A stretch of 64,000 nt of DNA from Gammaproteobacteria bacterium. GTDB lineage: Bacteria; Pseudomonadota; Gammaproteobacteria; Steroidobacterales; Woeseiaceae. Location: the NCBI GenBank assembly GCA_029864095.1, contig JAOTUB010000001.1:19082-83081 (forward strand), given 5' to 3'. The stretch's first letter is position 1, and each line of letters begins with the position of its first letter. Of the stretch, positions 9,046-20,733 are shown in pieces. The translations under genes were made by a program, and so were the position numbers. The notes under the pieces were generated by a model. It was given only the letters and a program-made list of their open reading frames with translations, ran no database searches and was not told the DNA's origin.

Positions 9046-11271
9046 ATGGTGAATGATCACCGGTCTCCGGGTGCCGGTAGCGGACGTGCCGAGCAGCTCG
9101 TTGTGCGCCTTGTGGCGCTCTTGGTAGTGCAATGGCTGGCGGCCGGGCCGGTGCGCGCAGAGGCACAAGTATCGGAGTCGGCAGTCCTTGATTCTGCAGG
9201 CGCGGACCCGTCGACGATCGTATACGGGCAGGCGTTCTTCGCCCAATACAACGTCACCACCGCCGAGGATATCCTGCGACGCATTCCCGGCATCTCAGCC
9301 ATTCTGGATGGAGACGACGGCGGCGCCTCGGGAGGAGATCGCCGTGGCTTCGGCTCTGACGGCGATCAAATCCTGGTAAATAACCGCCGTCTGGCGGGTA
9401 AATCCAACGACATCAGTTCAGCCCTGAGCCGAATCCAGATTCAGAATGTCGAGCGCGTTGAACTGCTGCGCGGCACCACCGGCGACATAGACGTTCGAAG
9501 TGATGGTGTCGTCGTCAATCTGATTCTCAAGGAAGGCGAGGCAGCAACGAGTTCCGGATCCGCCATGCTGGCCTCACAGCTGGACGATAGCGGCTGGGTC
9601 GACCTGGATGCTGCGGTTAATTACAACGGTGAAGTCGGCGCATTGACTTTCTACATTGGCCTGGAAAGAAAGACGCTGTCCGAGGATGGGGGTGGCGGTG
9701 GCTATACGCGACGTTATCGGGATGAGCGCTACTTCTATCCTGCCGGTGAACTGATGCAGATCCGCGACAACGTATCGAACCGGCAGGAAGAGAAATATTC
9801 TTTTGCAGCAAATTCGACCTATCACTTCGAGCAAGGCGACAAACTTCAGCTCAATGCCCTGATCAATTTAAAAAGCGAGGACACGTTCGACGTTATTCCA
9901 TTCGCCGAATACGCCAGCGACGGGAATCCTATCTCGTCAGGAGTCGATCTCAGAAGCGAGGTGGTCGACAGAGGGCTCGAATGGGAATTTGGCGGCACCT
10001 ATGAGCGCAGTATCGGTGACAGCGGCAACGTCAAGATTCTGTCTGTATACACCCACGACGAAACTTCAAAGATAGAAGCAAGAAACGAACAGATCGGCGG
10101 CGCCTTTTACGAGGTCAGCCGTAATCCCTCCGATGTGTTGGAGACCGAAATAATCCTCAGGGGTTCTTACTATTGGCCGCTTACATCGAGTCAAACAATC
10201 GAGGCTGGGGCCGAGTCGGCCCGGAATACGCTCGACCAGACGATCCAGGTGTTCGCCGACCTCGACGAAGATGGTCTCGCCGAAGAAATCGACATATTTA
10301 ACCCCTCTTCAAAGGTGCAGGAAACCCGAACCGAGTTATTCGTCAATCACAACTGGACGCTCAGCGATCGCTGGACCGCGTCGAGTTCGCTAGTGGCGGA
10401 AACTTCGAAAATTTCCCAGGCGGGTGCCGATTTTAGTAACAAAGCGGACTTCGACTTCGTGAAGCCCCGGTTGGATGTTCGTTTTTCGCCATCTGTGGAA
10501 GATCAATGGCGTATCAAGATTGAGAAAACCGTCAGCCAGCTCGACTTTTCCAATTTCGTGCCCGAATACAACGTTCGGGACGACCGTTTCTCTGCCGGCA
10601 ACCCCAATTTGCGGCCGGAAACGGCATGGGAATACGAAGTCGGCTACGAGCATCGTCTCGCCAACGACGAGGGCGTAATCGGCACGCGCATGTACTACAA
10701 GGACATCCAGGACCGAATCGAGAATATCGCAGTCGATGTCGACGACGACGGTGAATTCGATCCTGCAGCGGGCAATATTGGCGATGCCACCGAATACGGC
10801 ATCGAGCTAACGTTCAGTATCAGAATGGCCCGCCTCGGGGCTCCCAACCTGATACTCGATGGAACCTTCCTGCGACGCGAAACCGAGGTTACGGATCCCT
10901 TTTCGGGGCTCGATCGATGGATGGCCCAGAGCTGGAAGTACACCGCGGATCTCGGCCTGAGACACGACATCGCTGAACACAGGCTGTCTTACGGCGTCAC
11001 TTTCGAAGACTGGGGCGGGGCGAACGAGCGGTATGAATGGCAGGAATTCAGGGGTTTCACCAGAACTCCGCAGGTGACGGCATTCCTCGAAAAACGATTC
11101 GGAACACGATGGACAGTCAGATTCGATGCTCTGGACATTACGCAGGGCGTGCGTGAACGGACACGGTGGATCTACGCAGAAGACGCGACCGACGGCGCTC
11201 TCAAGCGAGTGGAATATTTCGAAGATTCGCGTGATCGCCGGTACACGCTTGGTATGACAGCAACGTTCTGA
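9046..11271 (+). CDS. TonB-dependent receptor
   Basis: ATG 9046 gives a signal-like N-terminus (LVALLVVQWLAAGPVRAEA). Plug region (TAEDILRRIPGISA, ILVNNRRLAGKS, VERVELLRGTTG), long beta-barrel, terminal YTLGMTATF. The track ORF start at 8800 is an unlikely extension. Confidence 0.9.
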   Translation: MVNDHRSPGAGSGRAEQLVVRLVALLVVQWLAAGPVRAEAQVSESAVLDSAGADPSTIVYGQAFFAQYNVTTAEDILRRIPGISAILDGDDGGASGGDRRGFGSDGDQILVNNRRLAGKSNDISSALSRIQIQNVERVELLRGTTGDIDVRSDGVVVNLILKEGEAATSSGSAMLASQLDDSGWVDLDAAVNYNGEVGALTFYIGLERKTLSEDGGGGGYTRRYRDERYFYPAGELMQIRDNVSNRQEEKYSFAANSTYHFEQGDKLQLNALINLKSEDTFDVIPFAEYASDGNPISSGVDLRSEVVDRGLEWEFGGTYERSIGDSGNVKILSVYTHDETSKIEARNEQIGGAFYEVSRNPSDVLETEIILRGSYYWPLTSSQTIEAGAESARNTLDQTIQVFADLDEDGLAEEIDIFNPSSKVQETRTELFVNHNWTLSDRWTASSSLVAETSKISQAGADFSNKADFDFVKPRLDVRFSPSVEDQWRIKIEKTVSQLDFSNFVPEYNVRDDRFSAGNPNLRPETAWEYEVGYEHRLANDEGVIGTRMYYKDIQDRIENIAVDVDDDGEFDPAAGNIGDATEYGIELTFSIRMARLGAPNLILDGTFLRRETEVTDPFSGLDRWMAQSWKYTADLGLRHDIAEHRLSYGVTFEDWGGANERYEWQEFRGFTRTPQVTAFLEKRFGTRWTVRFDALDITQGVRERTRWIYAEDATDGALKRVEYFEDSRDRRYTLGMTATF

Positions 11272-11456
11272 CATAAGCGGCACACGCCTGACCCCAGCCA
11301 GGCTATCGATAACGCCTTCTATGTGGTGCCCGTCCCGGCGAAAATGCACTGGCGCGGTGTCTGGCCCACCCCCGCGGTGGGCGCACAGAGTTGCATATTG
11401 TATGCGATTGGGTCAAGCTCGGCTGCCGGTTTGACAAGCCAGAAGGGAGAAGGCAC

Positions 11457-12884
11457 ATGGTTGAGGAAACGGGTGACGGGGCGCAGGTTGGCGGTTACAA
11501 GACGATCGTTTTCGTCATCTGCTCAGTGGCGGCATTGGGCGGTTTGCTGTTCGGTCTCGACCAGGGCTTCATCGCCAACTCGCTCGAAACGCTGACCGAG
11601 CACTACGACCTCACCGTGCAGGATAAGGAAAGCTACTCCGCCATCCTGGCCACCGGCGGGATCTTCGGTGCACTACTCTCGGGCGTATTCGCCAGGCTCC
11701 TCGGACGAAAAAAGAGCCTGCTGCTCGCAGGATTCATCTTCACAGCCGCGTCCCTTTACTCGGCGCTGCTGCCGAATCTGTTCATCCTGTCGGCCTGCCG
11801 CTTCGCTCTCGGCTTCGGCGTTGGCATGGCGTCGTTCGTGGTTCCCCTCTACCTCTCCGAGACGGCACCCGCCGCCATCCGAGGGTCGATGGGAACACTG
11901 TTCCAGCTGATGATCACCATTGGTATCTTCCTGATCTCGGTGACCAACGTGTTCATCGCCCGGGCCTTCGTGGATCCCGCGACCGCGCTGCCGCTGATGT
12001 TCCTGACGATCACGTTGTTTGCGGCGCTGATGTTCGGCGGCGGTTTCATACTTCCCGAGAGTCCCCGGTGGTTGATGCTTAAGGGCCGGAAAGAAAAGAC
12101 GATCGAGGTACTCCGAAAAACGCTCAACACCCAGGAAGAAATCGACACCGAGATTCGCGAGATCGAAGAGGCGCTGCACGGGCCGCAAGGTGTGGGGTTC
12201 GGCATAGTCTTTCGCGGCTACTTCTTCAAGGTTTTGCTGGTGGGCGTGCTGCTGCAGATGTTCCAGCAACTGGTCGGCATCAACGTGATGATTTACTACG
12301 CACCCACCATCTTCGGCTATGCCGGGATGAAGGGCATCATAGCCATGATGACGGTACCCACAGTGAACATGCTGTGCACCATCCCGGCGATCTTTCTCGT
12401 CGAGAAGTGGGGACGCAAGAAACTGCTCTACGTGGGCGCCGTGGCGATGTTCGTCACGATGGTTGCTGCCGGCCTCGCCTTCCAGGCGATCGGCACCGGC
12501 GCCGACGCGGCGATCATTGGCAATGCTCCAAAGACGATTCTGCTGCTTGCGGTCATCGTCTACATTTTCGGATTCGCCGTCTCGTGGGGCCCCGTCGTGT
12601 GGCTGGTCTGTTCCGAGATCTTCCCCCTCGAAGGCCGAGAGGTCGGCATGACCATCACCACCATGGTCAACTGGACCTTCGCGGGCCTGGTGATGGCGAA
12701 CGCACTGACGTTTATGGAGACCTTCGGGAACGCCTCGATCTTTTTCTTGTTCTCCGGGTTCTGCATTGTAGCGATCTTGTTCGTCAACCGGCTCGTGCCG
12801 GAGACCAGGGGCATCACTCTTGAGGAGATGGAGTTCAACCTCAAGGACGGTGCCCGACTGCGCGATCTGGGGAAGCAGAGATAA
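11457..12884 (+). CDS. MFS sugar porter family transporter
   Basis: ATG 11457 preceded by AGAAGGGAGAAGG. Sugar-porter signatures GLLFGLDQGFI, LLGRKKSLL, PESPRWL, VPETRGITLEEME. 12-TM-like hydrophobicity pattern. Confidence 0.9.
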   Translation: MVEETGDGAQVGGYKTIVFVICSVAALGGLLFGLDQGFIANSLETLTEHYDLTVQDKESYSAILATGGIFGALLSGVFARLLGRKKSLLLAGFIFTAASLYSALLPNLFILSACRFALGFGVGMASFVVPLYLSETAPAAIRGSMGTLFQLMITIGIFLISVTNVFIARAFVDPATALPLMFLTITLFAALMFGGGFILPESPRWLMLKGRKEKTIEVLRKTLNTQEEIDTEIREIEEALHGPQGVGFGIVFRGYFFKVLLVGVLLQMFQQLVGINVMIYYAPTIFGYAGMKGIIAMMTVPTVNMLCTIPAIFLVEKWGRKKLLYVGAVAMFVTMVAAGLAFQAIGTGADAAIIGNAPKTILLLAVIVYIFGFAVSWGPVVWLVCSEIFPLEGREVGMTITTMVNWTFAGLVMANALTFMETFGNASIFFLFSGFCIVAILFVNRLVPETRGITLEEMEFNLKDGARLRDLGKQR

Positions 12885-13180
12885 GCCGCTCGCTCAGCAC
12901 ATGTTCTGCTGCCCGTTTGCGCTCGAGAAGATGCGCTACGACGGCAAGCCGTCGAAAAGAATGGTGGCCGGGCGCGGACTAGTCGGCGCAGCCGATTGGA
13001 CAGACGAAAGAATCGAGTCTGCCCGAATAATTGCTCGCCGACCGCCCGGTCCTGTCAGAGACCGGGGTGCCACTCTTTGCAACCTCCTGTGGGCCGAGCT
13101 GGTGGTCGCCGAAAACCGGCTTGACTGCGGTAAGGGTTGTGAACCATGGCCGCAAGCACAATTGTCGAGGAGAAGTAACA

Positions 13181-13831
13181 ATGAGAATGTTCAAGGGGAT
13201 TCACGCGGTCGTCGCGATGTTGGTATGGGCCCTGCCAGGCGTTGCCCAGGATCAACAGCCGATGACGTTTTTCGTCGCTAGTGATGGCCCGGGTAACGGC
13301 GGTAACCTTGGCGGCCTGACAGGCGCCGATGCTCTCTGTCAGCGGCTCGCGGCTTCCGCAGACCGCGGTGATGCGACCTGGCACGCTTATCTGAGCCAGG
13401 CGCCGACTGACGGCCTGCCTCGAGTGGATGCGCGTGACCGCATCGGCAGCGGGCCCTGGCACAATGCCAAAGGCGATCTGATCGCTGCGAACGTTGCCGA
13501 CCTGCACGAAGATCGCAACAACATTCGCAAATACACGGCACTGAATGAGCACGGCGAGGAGGTCGAGGGTCGGGGCGATCAGCCCAACCGTCACGACATC
13601 CTGACCGGCTCAGACTCGATGGGGCGCCTTTTCGATCCCGACCCGGCAGTGTCAACCTGCAACAACTGGACCAGCAGCAGTGACGAGCATACAACGCGGG
13701 TCGGTCATCATGACCGTCTCGGGGGCGCGAATGCATCCTGGAATTCCGTGCACAACTCGCGCGGCTGCAGCCAGGAAGCACTGATCAGCAGTGGTGGTGA
13801 CGGCTTGCTCTACTGCTTCGCTGGCGACTGA
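13181..13831 (+). CDS. Secreted protein with endostatin-like (C-type-lectin-like fold) domain
   Basis: ATG 13181 preceded by GAGGAGAAG. Sec signal MRMFKGIHAVVAMLVWALPGVAQ. Mature part matches remembered endostatin motifs (GGLTGADALCQ, WHAYLS, TGSDSMGR, TCNNWTSSS, LLYCFA), with four Cys in equivalent places. Confidence 0.55.
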   Translation: MRMFKGIHAVVAMLVWALPGVAQDQQPMTFFVASDGPGNGGNLGGLTGADALCQRLAASADRGDATWHAYLSQAPTDGLPRVDARDRIGSGPWHNAKGDLIAANVADLHEDRNNIRKYTALNEHGEEVEGRGDQPNRHDILTGSDSMGRLFDPDPAVSTCNNWTSSSDEHTTRVGHHDRLGGANASWNSVHNSRGCSQEALISSGGDGLLYCFAGD

Positions 13832-13915
13832 TTCAAGCGGCAGTTTTAAGGAACCGGTAAGTCAGGCTGCGGGCGCCGCGGCGCACAGTTTTGCCTACGG
13901 TTCGATCCTTGCAAT

Positions 13916-13945
13916 GACCTGATGCAAATCAAATTGCATCAGGTC
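13916..13945. terminator. Hairpin between convergent genes (possible bidirectional terminator)
   Basis: 12-bp perfect stem GACCTGATGCAA / TTGCATCAGGTC (13916..13927, 13934..13945) with a 6-nt loop. No clear T-run. Confidence 0.4.
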
Positions 13946-14501
13946 CGGTTGACACTAATAGCCTTCATAAGGCGGAAGGTTTTTTCGGGCGGCATGAAAC
14001 GGCTCGCCCCGGATGTTACTGCACAATACGGCATGCCAACAAAATGATAGATATCCCTTAGGATGTAGCCGCTTGCTTTGCCGCTCGTGGCGTCGGCGAC
14101 GCCTGTTTGACCCGTTGCCCTATTCGCGTGTACAGCTCGCCGGATGACGAGGCCACCGCGACGTTCCCGATTCGCAACACGCCCTGGGCAGCTCAGGTCC
14201 CTGGCGGCGCCGACAATAGCAATGTCATCTGCCATGTCATCGGTGAGCAACCCCAGTCCGGCGAGTGTCAGTCGCCCCGCGTCCATCGAAACCAACGCCC
14301 TCGAGTGGTGCCGTTGTGCAGCACGATCGCACGCATGTACAGCCGCTCGTGGTCGTACTTACCGGTTGCCGGCGCGACCGGTCTGCCCGGGGTAATATCA
14401 ACCTTGGCGGCACCGGCCCGCAACGGACCGGCGGCCGCAAGCGCGGCCGCCCAGCACAGCGCGGCGGCGATAACAGTCATATTGCCGGCAATTCTTTTCA
14501 C
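13939..14501 (-). pseudogene. Decayed N-terminal remnant of a ceramidase-N-domain family gene
   Basis: ORF 14268..14501 encodes a signal peptide plus GPLRAGAAKVDITPG...YDHERLYMRAIVLHNGTTR, matching the N-termini of the four intact paralogs (e.g. GPLKVGAARVDIS...YAHEWLYIRAIVLDNGETK). Similarity continues in another frame (ORF 13939..14295: SMDAGRLT...DDMADDIAIVGAARDL) and is then lost. The HTHS zinc motif and the remaining roughly 340 codons are absent. Confidence 0.7.
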
Positions 14502-14516
14502 AGTCCGTTCCTGTCA

Positions 14517-15854
<1,338 letters not shown>

Positions 15855-15918
15855 TCATTAATGACGGGCTCACCGATGTCTTCGTCGATAACGGGACTCC
15901 AGATGCCGGTGCTTGCCA

Positions 15919-18330
15919 TCAAGACGTCGACACTCCGGCCGTCCGAAGCGCCGCCAGCACCCGTTCCGGACGAAACGGCAGCCGTCGCAGACGAACGCCT
16001 GTAGCGTCGTGGATGGCGTTGGCGACCGCCGCGATCAGCGGCTTGTGACTCGTCTCGCCCGCGCCGTAGGGAGCCAGATCGGATCGATCCGGGCTCGGGT
16101 CACCGTTGACGAGGACAATGTCAATGGACTCGGGCGTGTCGGAATGCCGGAGAGTCGGGTGCGATTGCCAGTTGACACTAGTAACCTTTTCAGTGTCGAA
16201 GCGGACCTCTTCCCAGAGCGCCCGGCTCAAGGCATGCAACATGCCGCACTCGATCGTATTGCGTAACCCCCCGGGGTTGACCACCAGACCGCAGTCGTGC
16301 GCGCAAACGAGCCGTTTGGCCCAGACCCGACCGGTTTGACGATCGACCTCGACCTCCGCAATCGTGGCGGCGATGGTACGGTTGCGATAGGTGTAAGCGA
16401 TGCCACGCCCCGTAAGAAGTTTCTGGCCACCATGGGTTTGCGCAGCGGGTGTTTGCGGCGACGGGCGAGTGTTCCAGCCATAGGCACCGGCGGCTGCCTT
16501 GACGACGGCGATCGAGCGCGCACGTCGAAAAACGTCGTCCTCGTCACTGTTGCTCAGCATATCGAGCCGGAACACGACGGGATCGATGTGAGCGGCCGCC
16601 GCCAGCTCATCGATGAACGATTCGAAGGCGAACGTCACCTGCGGTCCGTTGGGATCGCGCAGGTTGCCCGTACGTAACGGCGTCTCCCAAACCAAGGGCA
16701 GGCCAACGACGCGCGTCGTTGTGCGTCGGTTCGATATGCCATACATAAGCGACGGCGTCGCCGCGCTGCCCGCTGCCGGCGTCTCCGGGCGCCGGCCCAT
16801 GAGCTGGGCAATGAGGACGGTGTCTGGCTCGTTGTAACCGACGTGGTTGAAATCGGCGGCGCAGGCATCGTACTCGAGTGCCGTCACCTTGCCACCCGCA
16901 TCGAGCCCGCCTCGCAGCTTGAACACGTAGGCCGGGCCCTTTGTGTCCCAGGCAGTCTCCTCTTCACGCGTCCACTGCACGCGCACCGGGCGACCCAGTT
17001 CGTGGGCCAGGAATGCGGCCTCGAATCCGGCATCGTCGGCGGCCGTGCGACCGTACACCTGCGGGCCATCCATATAGACAACGCGCACCTGGTCGCGGGG
17101 CATATCGAGAAATTCGGCGACGCCGTTTCGCAGGCGGTATGACTTCATATCGTTGGAGTAGATCGTCATCTGTCCGTCGGACGGGTCGGCCAGGGCATGC
17201 GCGGGGCCGATGGCCGTGTGCCCCTGGAAGGGAACCTCGTACTCCGCCACGACAACCTGATCGGCTGCGGCGAAGGCTGCGCTCGGGTCGCCCTGGATGT
17301 CCGGCTCGCTTATGGTCGTGGGCGTCGCGCGGCGCATGTAGACGAATAGTTCATCCGACGCCGGGAACGGCGGGTCTGCCGGCCGTTCCCAGTCGACGCG
17401 CAATTGCCGCGCCGCACGGATGGCCTGTTCCTCGCGCTCGCAGACGACCGCCACGTAGTTGCCGCGCCTGACGACCCTCACGAAACCGGGAAGGTCGGCT
17501 ACCGACGCCTCGTCTATACCACTAACCACGGCCCCTGCCAGTGGCGGCCTCACGTTGCGCGCATGGAGCATGCCGGGCAGCTTCACGTCAACGGCCCAGA
17601 TCAATGACCCGTCCACTTTGGCGGGGATGTCATAGCGCTGCAGCGACTGACCGACCACGCGCAGTTGATTGACGGGCTTCACATTGGCCAGGCCGCGCGT
17701 GGCGTCGACGTTTTCCCCATTGAGCGAAATATCGAAGCGTTTCCCGCCGACCAGTTCGGCATAGGTGACCGACATGGCCGGCTCGGACCCGACCGTAATC
17801 GTCGCGTTGCTCACCACGAGCCGCTCAACCGGCACCGCGAAATCCTCGGCAGCCAGTTCCAGCAAGACGCGCCGCGCTTCGGCCGCGACCCTGCGCATCG
17901 GCCAGCCGTCGCGTTCTATGGCGTCGGAACCGCCGGATCCGCCCTGGTCCGGCGTGATGTCCGTGCGGCCCATGATGAGGCTGGTCTTGTCGTAGGCGAT
18001 GTCGAGTTCGTCGCACATCATCTGGCGAAACGCCGTGCCCGTCCCCTGGCCACCGTCCGTCTTGCCGACAAAAAAGGTCGCAGTGTTGTCCGGGTGAATC
18101 ACGATCCAGGTATCGAGTTGCCGATAGTCAGGGTCGGGATATGGCCCCACCATCAGCGCCGGGTCGGCGTCGCTCGCCGCGGCGAGCGTGCCGGGTCCCG
18201 GGATGGCGCCGGCGCTGAAGCTGATCACCAGCGCCCCCGAAGACTTGAGAAAGTTGCGGCGCGAGGTTGACGGGTTGATTCGATGCAGCCCTTCCTCGAT
18301 AGCTTTCGGCAGTTCCAGGATGTCACTCAT
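15919..18330 (-). CDS. Molybdopterin-binding subunit of a xanthine-dehydrogenase-family oxidoreductase (IorB-like), Tat-exported
   Basis: 803-aa ORF. Tat motif STSRRNFLKSSGALVISF. Aldehyde-oxidase/XDH-type large-subunit length and layout. Its start overlaps the stop of the 2Fe-2S subunit gene (18327..18330). Confidence 0.85.
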   Translation of the reverse strand: MSDILELPKAIEEGLHRINPSTSRRNFLKSSGALVISFSAGAIPGPGTLAAASDADPALMVGPYPDPDYRQLDTWIVIHPDNTATFFVGKTDGGQGTGTAFRQMMCDELDIAYDKTSLIMGRTDITPDQGGSGGSDAIERDGWPMRRVAAEARRVLLELAAEDFAVPVERLVVSNATITVGSEPAMSVTYAELVGGKRFDISLNGENVDATRGLANVKPVNQLRVVGQSLQRYDIPAKVDGSLIWAVDVKLPGMLHARNVRPPLAGAVVSGIDEASVADLPGFVRVVRRGNYVAVVCEREEQAIRAARQLRVDWERPADPPFPASDELFVYMRRATPTTISEPDIQGDPSAAFAAADQVVVAEYEVPFQGHTAIGPAHALADPSDGQMTIYSNDMKSYRLRNGVAEFLDMPRDQVRVVYMDGPQVYGRTAADDAGFEAAFLAHELGRPVRVQWTREEETAWDTKGPAYVFKLRGGLDAGGKVTALEYDACAADFNHVGYNEPDTVLIAQLMGRRPETPAAGSAATPSLMYGISNRRTTTRVVGLPLVWETPLRTGNLRDPNGPQVTFAFESFIDELAAAAHIDPVVFRLDMLSNSDEDDVFRRARSIAVVKAAAGAYGWNTRPSPQTPAAQTHGGQKLLTGRGIAYTYRNRTIAATIAEVEVDRQTGRVWAKRLVCAHDCGLVVNPGGLRNTIECGMLHALSRALWEEVRFDTEKVTSVNWQSHPTLRHSDTPESIDIVLVNGDPSPDRSDLAPYGAGETSHKPLIAAVANAIHDATGVRLRRLPFRPERVLAALRTAGVSTS

Positions 18331-18836
18331 TCGGCCACCTCCTCCGCAATCGCAGCGTTAGTGTCTCGAGCGTCCGCCATGGGCTGTTGCACCACACGCT
18401 TGATCGCGGCCTGGATCCGGTAGTAGGTCATGCACCGGCACAGTGCCCCATCCATCGCTTCACGGATCTCGGCATCGGTCGGGTCAGGATTTCGGTCGAG
18501 GAGCGCCTTGGCGGTCATGATTTGGCCATTGTGGCAATAGCCGCATTGCGGCACCTGCTCGTCGATCCAGGCTTGTTGAACAGGATCGAGCGTTCCGTCC
18601 GCAGACAGGCCTTCGAGCGTCGTGATTTGACCCCGCACCCGCGACGCGGGCACTACGCAGGATCGCACAGCGACACCATCGACAATGACGATACAGGTTC
18701 CGCACTGGCCAATGCCGCAGCCAAAGCGAGGCCCCCGCAGCCCGAGATCATTGCGCAGGACGTAAAGTAGTGGCGTCGACGGATCGACATCCACCTCGTG
18801 GGTCGCGTCGTTAATATGCAATGTCACAATGCTCAT
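18327..18836 (-). CDS. (2Fe-2S)-binding small subunit (IorA-like)
   Basis: 169 aa. Two cluster motifs, GCGIGQCGTCIV and CGYCHNGQIM ... CRC. 4-nt overlap with the downstream large subunit. Confidence 0.9.
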   Translation of the reverse strand: MSIVTLHINDATHEVDVDPSTPLLYVLRNDLGLRGPRFGCGIGQCGTCIVIVDGVAVRSCVVPASRVRGQITTLEGLSADGTLDPVQQAWIDEQVPQCGYCHNGQIMTAKALLDRNPDPTDAEIREAMDGALCRCMTYYRIQAAIKRVVQQPMADARDTNAAIAEEVAE

Positions 18837-18936
18837 TGGTTGTCCTCCGCATTGGCAGATCGCTTACCCTGACGAGTGCAAGGTTGCGAGAAGTTCGAAA
18901 TCAAGTTCTCGCGCCCCGGCGCTGCCCGAGTAGAAG

Positions 18937-19722
18937 TCACGGACTGATCTCCACCAGCCCCACCGTGTTCGTGCTGCTCTGTTGAATAACCAGGTCACCG
19001 TCGTGAGTGGCCCGCGGAGTCGCCGCGAGCCCTTTGGCAACAAGTAACAACTCGTCTGCAGGCACGCGGACTTTGTAGTCGGGATTCGAATGCGCGAACT
19101 GGATTATTCCCTGTCGATCAATCGCGAATACCGACGGCACCGGAAGAACGCCGTGCCGCGCCATTGACGATCCGGCGATATCGTCGCCTTTCTCGTGGCG
19201 CCTCTGAATTGTGCTTTCCGGAGCCCGGAAAGCAATACCGAAGGCTATTGCAGCCTGCGCGTCCGCATCCGAAAGTATGACGTAATCGAGGCCGGCGATG
19301 GTCTCCTGCGTCTCCAACTGCAGGCTGTCGTAAAGCAGTTCCGGCCGGTCGCCGCTCAGGAACAATACGTCGACGCCCAGCGCTCGTATCTCCGGCAGTA
19401 CTTGCCGCAATTCGGCTAGATGAAGGTTGCAAAACGGACACCATCCGCCACGAAACGTAATAACCACGGCCGGTCGCTCTAACGCAGCCGGGTCAAAAAC
19501 AAAGGTCTCACTCTCGACCGTCTGTACCTCGAATCGTGGTGCAAGGGCGCCCACAACGCTGGGCTCAATTCCGGTGGCAGATTCAGCGATCGCCGGACGT
19601 GTCCCGCTATCCACCGGCTGCGTGGATTGCCCCTGAGAACCCTCGACGCTGCCGGTGGCCGAATGGTTCTGCGTGCACGCCGCAATAATTGCTGTCAACA
19701 GCAGTGCCAGCAGTCTGTTCAT
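18937..19722 (-). CDS. Thioredoxin-fold (redoxin / AhpC-TSA-like) lipoprotein
   Basis: ATG 19722 preceded by GGAGAG. Lipobox MNRLLALLLTAIIAAC. Redox motif FRGGWCPFCNLHLAEL. Confidence 0.75.
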   Translation of the reverse strand: MNRLLALLLTAIIAACTQNHSATGSVEGSQGQSTQPVDSGTRPAIAESATGIEPSVVGALAPRFEVQTVESETFVFDPAALERPAVVITFRGGWCPFCNLHLAELRQVLPEIRALGVDVLFLSGDRPELLYDSLQLETQETIAGLDYVILSDADAQAAIAFGIAFRAPESTIQRRHEKGDDIAGSSMARHGVLPVPSVFAIDRQGIIQFAHSNPDYKVRVPADELLLVAKGLAATPRATHDGDLVIQQSSTNTVGLVEISP

Positions 19723-19836
19723 TGTGCTCTCCAGGAAGTCCAAGGCCATAAGGTGCCTTCATTCTTTGATGCTAATTGGATATTATATACAATATTGGCG
19801 CCGATGTGGAAGCCGGTCTCAGTCGGAATTGCTTTC

Positions 19837-20733
19837 ATGAAAACCGCACTGCAAACTCTTTTGAAACAACCATTACTCCATTTTCTTGCGGCGGGGGTAT
19901 TGATCTTTGTCGCGTATGCCTGGCAAGGCAACGGCGACTTCACGAACGAAGCCGGACAGCAGATACGTGTTGACCGGAAGGCCCTGTTGAATTTCATGCA
20001 ATACCGGGCGCAGGTATTCAATCGCGATTCGTTCTGCCAAAGACTCGACGACATGTCCGCCGACGAGCGTCAAGGACTGATAGAAGCCTTTGTCCGCGAG
20101 GAAGTGCTGTACCGGGAAGCACTGGATCTGGGGCTCGAGGAAGGCGACTATGATATTCGCCTTCGGCTCGTGCAGAAAATGAATTTCCTGCTCCAGGATA
20201 TTGCGATCGGCCAGGCCGGACTGGAGGAAGTCAACGAAAAAGATATCCGGCAATTTTTTGAACAGTATGCCGAGGAATACCGGATCGGATCCACCTACAC
20301 TTTCACCCATGTATTTTTCGACACTGAAATCCATGGGGATGCGCTGGCTCGAACGCTCGCTGAAGAATTGCTGCAAGAACTGCAAAATTCCGCTATTGAT
20401 GTCGACGGTGCGATTGCAAGAGGTAACCGCTTCCGCTATTTACGCCGCTACGTCGATCGCGGCCAGACGCAGATCACCAATAACTTCGGCGAAGACTTCG
20501 TGCATGATCTCGATCAGCTGCAAGTTGACCCGCTGGCCTGGGCCGGACCCATTGCATCCCGACTGGGCTGGCACGTCGTGCGGCTTGAGGGTCGCACGGA
20601 TTCCCGAATTCCGCCGTTGCAAGAAATCGAGCAGCGGCTGATCGACGACTACCGGTACGCGGCCCAATCCAATGCCATGAGAGATGCCGAGGAGGCACTG
20701 GCAAGAAAATATGATGTCGTCGTCGAATTCTAG
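19837..20733 (+). CDS. PpiC/parvulin-type peptidyl-prolyl isomerase, membrane-anchored
   Basis: N-terminal anchor MKTALQTLLKQPLLHFLAAGVLIFVAYAW. C-terminal rotamase-like GPIASRLGWHVVRLEGR. An alternative start at 19804 is possible. Confidence 0.7.
   Translation: MKTALQTLLKQPLLHFLAAGVLIFVAYAWQGNGDFTNEAGQQIRVDRKALLNFMQYRAQVFNRDSFCQRLDDMSADERQGLIEAFVREEVLYREALDLGLEEGDYDIRLRLVQKMNFLLQDIAIGQAGLEEVNEKDIRQFFEQYAEEYRIGSTYTFTHVFFDTEIHGDALARTLAEELLQELQNSAIDVDGAIARGNRFRYLRRYVDRGQTQITNNFGEDFVHDLDQLQVDPLAWAGPIASRLGWHVVRLEGRTDSRIPPLQEIEQRLIDDYRYAAQSNAMRDAEEALARKYDVVVEF

Noticed and set aside
12885-13180. ORFs 12820..13281 (+), 12936..13181 (-) and 12979..13194 (-) in the gap between the MFS gene and the endostatin-like gene.
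   Set aside because: They mutually overlap, have no motifs, and show biased composition. The downstream gene has a clear start and RBS at 13181, so this is most likely a plain intergenic region.
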